Shown: piece by piece, positions 60,537 through 64,000 of the stretch | Position numbering within the stretch: position 1 is the stretch's first letter | Layout: each line of letters starts with the position of its first letter | From: a virus | Lineage: Duplodnaviria > Caudoviricetes | IMG/VR virus record: IMGVR_UViG_3300037755_000886 | Span: 19,820 to 83,819 of that record | Reading direction: 5' to 3' (one strand) | Length of the DNA stretch: 64,000 nucleotides | Notes under the pieces: generated by a model | What the model was told of the DNA's origin: nothing | Databases searched by the model: none | Seen by the model: the letters and a program-made list of their open reading frames with translations, nothing else | Translations under genes and position numbers: made by a program

Positions 60537-62044
60537 GGCGTTCCCTCCGGGGCCGGGCCCGTGAGACCGGCGCCTTCACGGTTCAAGATCTCGCGGGCTT
60601 CGTCGGCGGTGAGCACCTTGCCGACGCCGAGGTAGATCTTCTGGACGAGCTCAGCGAGACCGCTCGCAGGTCCCGGCCCGGCCAGGTCTGCACCGTCACG
60701 GTTCAAGATCTCGCGGGCCTCTTCGAGCGTGATGACCGAGCCCACGCCCAGATAGAGCTTCTGGATGGTCTCGGCGAGCGACCGGACATCCATCTGCCCG
60801 TCGCCCCCGGCCGACGTGGCACCGAGGAACTGGAAGTCGTCGCCCCACGGGACCGGCGGCTGGTCCTCGAGCGCACGGGCCTCGTTGATCGTCATCGACC
60901 GGTTGGCGATCCGGATGGCAAACGTCTCCGCCCGTTCCTTCGGCGCGCTGCGCAGCTTGGCGTCGAGGTTGAGTTTCCAGAACACCTGCGGGAGACCGTG
61001 GGTGGTGAGGAGCCGGTTGTGGCCCTCCTCGATCCGCTCGACGGTCGGCTGCAACGTGAAGCTGCCGAACGTCTGGTTCTGCTCAGCGAGCCCGCTGCCC
61101 CAGCTCGTCGAGTTCGACGCGTCGGCGATCAGGTGCGGCGGGACGCCGTAGAACCGGGCGATCTCCGTCGTCGAGAACTGCCGGGATTCGATCCACTGCG
61201 AATCCTTCTGGCTGATGGCGATCGTCTTCAGTTCGGCGCCACCGATCAGCACCCCGACCCGGCCGGCGTTCGACCCGCCGTGGGTCTCCTGCCAGAGCTG
61301 CCCGACCTTCTTCGCCTTCTCCCGCTCGACCTTCGGGTCGCCGCCTGAGCCCGGCACCTGGATCACCGCCGGCGGGACCGCCGCGTTCCCGAGGAACGAC
61401 GCCCCGTACTGCTGGGCCTTCAACGCCCCGTCGATGACCTCGCGGGCCGCCTGGATCGGTGACATGCCCCGCAGCGCGCCGGGCATGAGCATCCCGGGGA
61501 TGTGCATGATGTCGAGCGCGCCGTAGGTCTCACCGAGCGCCTCGTAGGAGATCACGCCCTTCTTGCGGACCACGTCGATCAGCGTCGGATCCAACGGGAT
61601 CAGATCGACCGGCACCCCGAGCTCGTCCCGTGGGGTGGCCACGAAGGCGTTGCCGTCGGACAGCAACGACAGTTCGACCTGGCAGAGGTACGGGATCTTG
61701 CCGCCCTGCGGCGGCTGGAAATCGAGGTAGCCGGGCCGGGGCCGGTAAGGCCGCCGGAACCCGCGGTCACGGACGAACGTGTCGGCCGGCAGCGACGCGA
61801 TCGCATCCGACAGGAGCCGCCAACACCCGAACACCGCCGACAGGCGCGACGCCTGCTCAGTCGTGACCGGCCCCGACGTTGCGGTCGACGCGTGCCAGAC
61901 CATGCCCGGCGCCCAGCCGCCATAGCCCGACTGGCCGTACCCGTCCGGTGGCTCCGGGACCCGGCGGCCCGTGCCCGGCAGGATCGTCACGCCCGTCGCC
62001 CGCTCCTCGTGGGCGATGCCGAGCGCCCGGCGCAGGATGCTCAC
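60533..62044 (-). CDS. Portal protein (HK97 family)
   Basis: AVFGC.RLLSDAIASLP, GNAF, IARFYGVPPHL, TINEARA.E..PP. Confidence 0.94.
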   Translation of the reverse strand: MSILRRALGIAHEERATGVTILPGTGRRVPEPPDGYGQSGYGGWAPGMVWHASTATSGPVTTEQASRLSAVFGCWRLLSDAIASLPADTFVRDRGFRRPYRPRPGYLDFQPPQGGKIPYLCQVELSLLSDGNAFVATPRDELGVPVDLIPLDPTLIDVVRKKGVISYEALGETYGALDIMHIPGMLMPGALRGMSPIQAAREVIDGALKAQQYGASFLGNAAVPPAVIQVPGSGGDPKVEREKAKKVGQLWQETHGGSNAGRVGVLIGGAELKTIAISQKDSQWIESRQFSTTEIARFYGVPPHLIADASNSTSWGSGLAEQNQTFGSFTLQPTVERIEEGHNRLLTTHGLPQVFWKLNLDAKLRSAPKERAETFAIRIANRSMTINEARALEDQPPVPWGDDFQFLGATSAGGDGQMDVRSLAETIQKLYLGVGSVITLEEAREILNRDGADLAGPGPASGLAELVQKIYLGVGKVLTADEAREILNREGAGLTGPAPEGTP

Positions 62045-62271
62045 GAGACGTCACCGACGGCCCGCAGCTGGCCGCCCGCACCCGCCTCCTTCACTCGGTC
62101 GGGCAGCACATCCCGGGTGGCATCGATCCCGAACCACAAGGCCAACACGCCGGCCACGCCCATGCCCGCGGCCAGCCCGAACGCCGGCCCGAGAGCGGCC
62201 CCGCAAGCGAGCCCGGCGGCGACCGACACGAGGAGGGCACCGGCGATGATCAGCACAGCAGCCATCGCCAC
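62041..62271 (-). CDS. Small membrane protein
   Basis: Two TMs between terminase and portal. Confidence 0.6.
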   Translation of the reverse strand: MAMAAVLIIAGALLVSVAAGLACGAALGPAFGLAAGMGVAGVLALWFGIDATRDVLPDRVKEAGAGGQLRAVGDVS

Positions 62272-62280
62272 CTCCCTCCG

Positions 62281-63717
62281 TCAACCGACCACCAGCACGT
62301 CCCACTCCGGCTCCGGCAGACCGTGATGGCCGGCGGCAAGCGTCACGACGACCAGCGGGGTGATGTCGACGCTCGAGCGGCGCCGGGACCATTTCCACGC
62401 GTCGCCGACTGGTTGTTTCGCCGCGCCCCGCACCGCCACGTCGAGCACGGGCTGGCCACGGTGATGGATCCGATCGTCGACAACCGCGTCGAACAGCTGG
62501 CCGCACGCCCTCGTCTGATCCTCACCCGACACCTCATCGACCGGCACCCCGGCGGCCTCCAGGTCCGGGACCAGCGACGCCGCCGGCGAACCCTTCGCCA
62601 CCGACAGCTCGCCGCCCCAGCGCGCCAGCAGCGCCTGCGCCCGGGCCACGACCCACGCGGTGCCCGGCCGTGAGTCCACAACCTCGACCGCGACCCGATC
62701 CGCGTCCAACGTCGAGCGGCCGGCAGCGCCGAACGCCGCCCACGCTCGATCCTCCGACACGTCCAGAGCGAACGACGGCGCGCCCTCGATGCCAACGTCC
62801 GGGGCCAGACACTCCGCCCACGCCTCCGGAAAGACCTGGGCGGCCTTCTCGTCCTCTTCGTCGTCGAACATCCCGAGGCGCTCCCGCTCAAAGCCCCCAT
62901 CGGCGTCCAGTTCCTCGCGCTCCTTCTCGATGTACTCGATCGAGATCCGGTGCGGACATCCCGGGTTCGCCCGGCGCCACACCTCGTGGTCAGTGGCATC
63001 CTCACCCACGTCAGCGCAGAACTCGGTGTACGCGAGCGACAGCGCTTGGCCCTCCCGGGCCTGCGCCCGGCCCCGCTTGACCAGCCGGCGCAGCACCCCC
63101 GACTCTTCCTTGTCGAGAGGCGCCGACGACGTGTACCAGAGCTGCGGATTCGGACGGGCCGCCATTGTCGGCAGCAACGCCGACATTCCCGTCGACGACA
63201 GGTTGTACGCCTCGTCAAGGATCACGCAGTCCCCGGTGAAACCCCGGCCGCTGCCCGTCGAGCGAGCCACGAACCGCAGGCGCTGCCCCGTCCGCAGCTC
63301 GATGCCCTCTTCGCCGTGCGACGTCCTGACCCGCATCACGAGGCGGTCCAGGTCCGGGGTCGACTGGATCAGGAACAGGATCCGCCGGAAGGCCTCTGCC
63401 GCGGTCTTGAACTCGTGGGCCGAGTGGAGAATCAGCTGCTCATCGAACAGGAACAGGCCCGCCAGTTCCCGGGCCTCGAGCACCGAGCCCTTGCCGTTCT
63501 GGCGGGGCACGATCAGCGCCGACGAGAACGCCGCCCACTGCCCGGTCTCCGTCTCCCCGAGCGCGTCGTCGAGAAACAGTTCCTGCCACGGGTCAAGGAT
63601 CAGGCCCGCGCTGGCCGCTAACTCGATCGCTTCCTGCCCGGCCGACGACGCCCTCGCCGGTCGGACCCGGTACCTGGGCAGCTGAGCGTCGAGCAGTCCG
63701 CCGGCGGGCGAGGTCAT
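62281..63717 (-). CDS. terL: Terminase large subunit
   Basis: LDPWQ, Walker A VPRQNGKG, Walker B VILDEA, YTSSA, WRRANP, nuclease DITP. Confidence 0.95.
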   Translation of the reverse strand: MTSPAGGLLDAQLPRYRVRPARASSAGQEAIELAASAGLILDPWQELFLDDALGETETGQWAAFSSALIVPRQNGKGSVLEARELAGLFLFDEQLILHSAHEFKTAAEAFRRILFLIQSTPDLDRLVMRVRTSHGEEGIELRTGQRLRFVARSTGSGRGFTGDCVILDEAYNLSSTGMSALLPTMAARPNPQLWYTSSAPLDKEESGVLRRLVKRGRAQAREGQALSLAYTEFCADVGEDATDHEVWRRANPGCPHRISIEYIEKEREELDADGGFERERLGMFDDEEDEKAAQVFPEAWAECLAPDVGIEGAPSFALDVSEDRAWAAFGAAGRSTLDADRVAVEVVDSRPGTAWVVARAQALLARWGGELSVAKGSPAASLVPDLEAAGVPVDEVSGEDQTRACGQLFDAVVDDRIHHRGQPVLDVAVRGAAKQPVGDAWKWSRRRSSVDITPLVVVTLAAGHHGLPEPEWDVLVVG

Positions 63718-63925
63718 CACGGGCCGACACCTCCGGCTCCTTGATCGCATCCAGCTGCGCCAGCACGTCCGTCAACTGCTTCGCCAACGGCGCGACGTGG
63801 AACCCCTCGGTCTCCTCAATGCTCGCCACCAAGCGGTCCCGCAGTGCCACAAGCGCCCGGCGGCGATCCCCGGAGGCGACCTCGGTAGCGAACTTCGTCC
63901 GGGACGCCCGTTTCGCAGGACACAC
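63593..63925 (-). CDS. Terminase small subunit (putative)
   Basis: GDRRRALVALRDRLV...LAKQL..VL..LDA...DDLARRR; directly upstream of terL. Confidence 0.65.
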   Translation of the reverse strand: MCPAKRASRTKFATEVASGDRRRALVALRDRLVASIEETEGFHVAPLAKQLTDVLAQLDAIKEPEVSARDDLARRRTARRSAAQVPGPTGEGVVGRAGSDRVSGQRGPDP

Positions 63926-64000
63926 GCGCCACCTCTGAACTGAGGGAACAAACCACCAGGAGTGGGGAGAAACGAAACCCGTGGGCAGAGAAGGGGTGAC

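Larger units (their letters stand above)
1..64000. mobile_element. Temperate siphovirus-like actinophage genome (partial; both ends outside the window)
   Basis: Ordered terminase-portal-protease-capsid-tail-tape measure-lysis genes on minus strand; integrase + attP, repressor/cro pair and recombination/methylase module; no host housekeeping genes seen. Confidence 0.95.

Noticed and set aside
63926-64000. cos/pac packaging site upstream of terS
   Set aside because: The position fits, but no diagnostic sequence can be confirmed; needs read-end analysis.

Overview
The whole window reads as one high-GC temperate siphovirus of an actinomycete, lying mostly on the minus strand. From right to left it carries: terS/terL, portal, HK97 protease and capsid; tail and tape-measure genes; minor tail genes; a GH25 lysis cassette (no LysB seen); a ~20 kb accessory block; a tyrosine integrase next to an apparently intact attP (3' half of tRNA-Lys(CTT) with arm-type repeats on both sides); a lysogeny-type cassette (lipoproteins, a TA/defence-like pair, GntR-UTRA + GNAT + cupin); a cI/cro-like switch; and recombination and methylase genes (Cas4-like exonuclease, DUF2303 pair, RuvC-like resolvase, an intein-containing methylase fragment, a C5 methylase cut by the window edge). 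Phage genes lie on both sides of the att core, so this looks like an excised or virion genome rather than an integrated prophage. The most unusual feature is a coupled operon of the actinomycete conjugation type inside the phage. It encodes membrane proteins, a membrane-anchored HNH, DUF2637 and an FtsK/TraB translocase, followed by a clt-like 8-bp repeat array and a DUF4913 gene, with a divergent HTH regulator and twin operators upstream. No separate rep or integrase is visible for this module, suggesting an integrating phage that might also move by TraB-type conjugation. Other oddities are a ~10-fold GGWCC enrichment inside traB, a tRNA-like fold clamped in a perfect 23-bp inverted repeat, and a second switch with twin leaderless promoters. 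All family calls come from visual motif recognition; no database searches were run.
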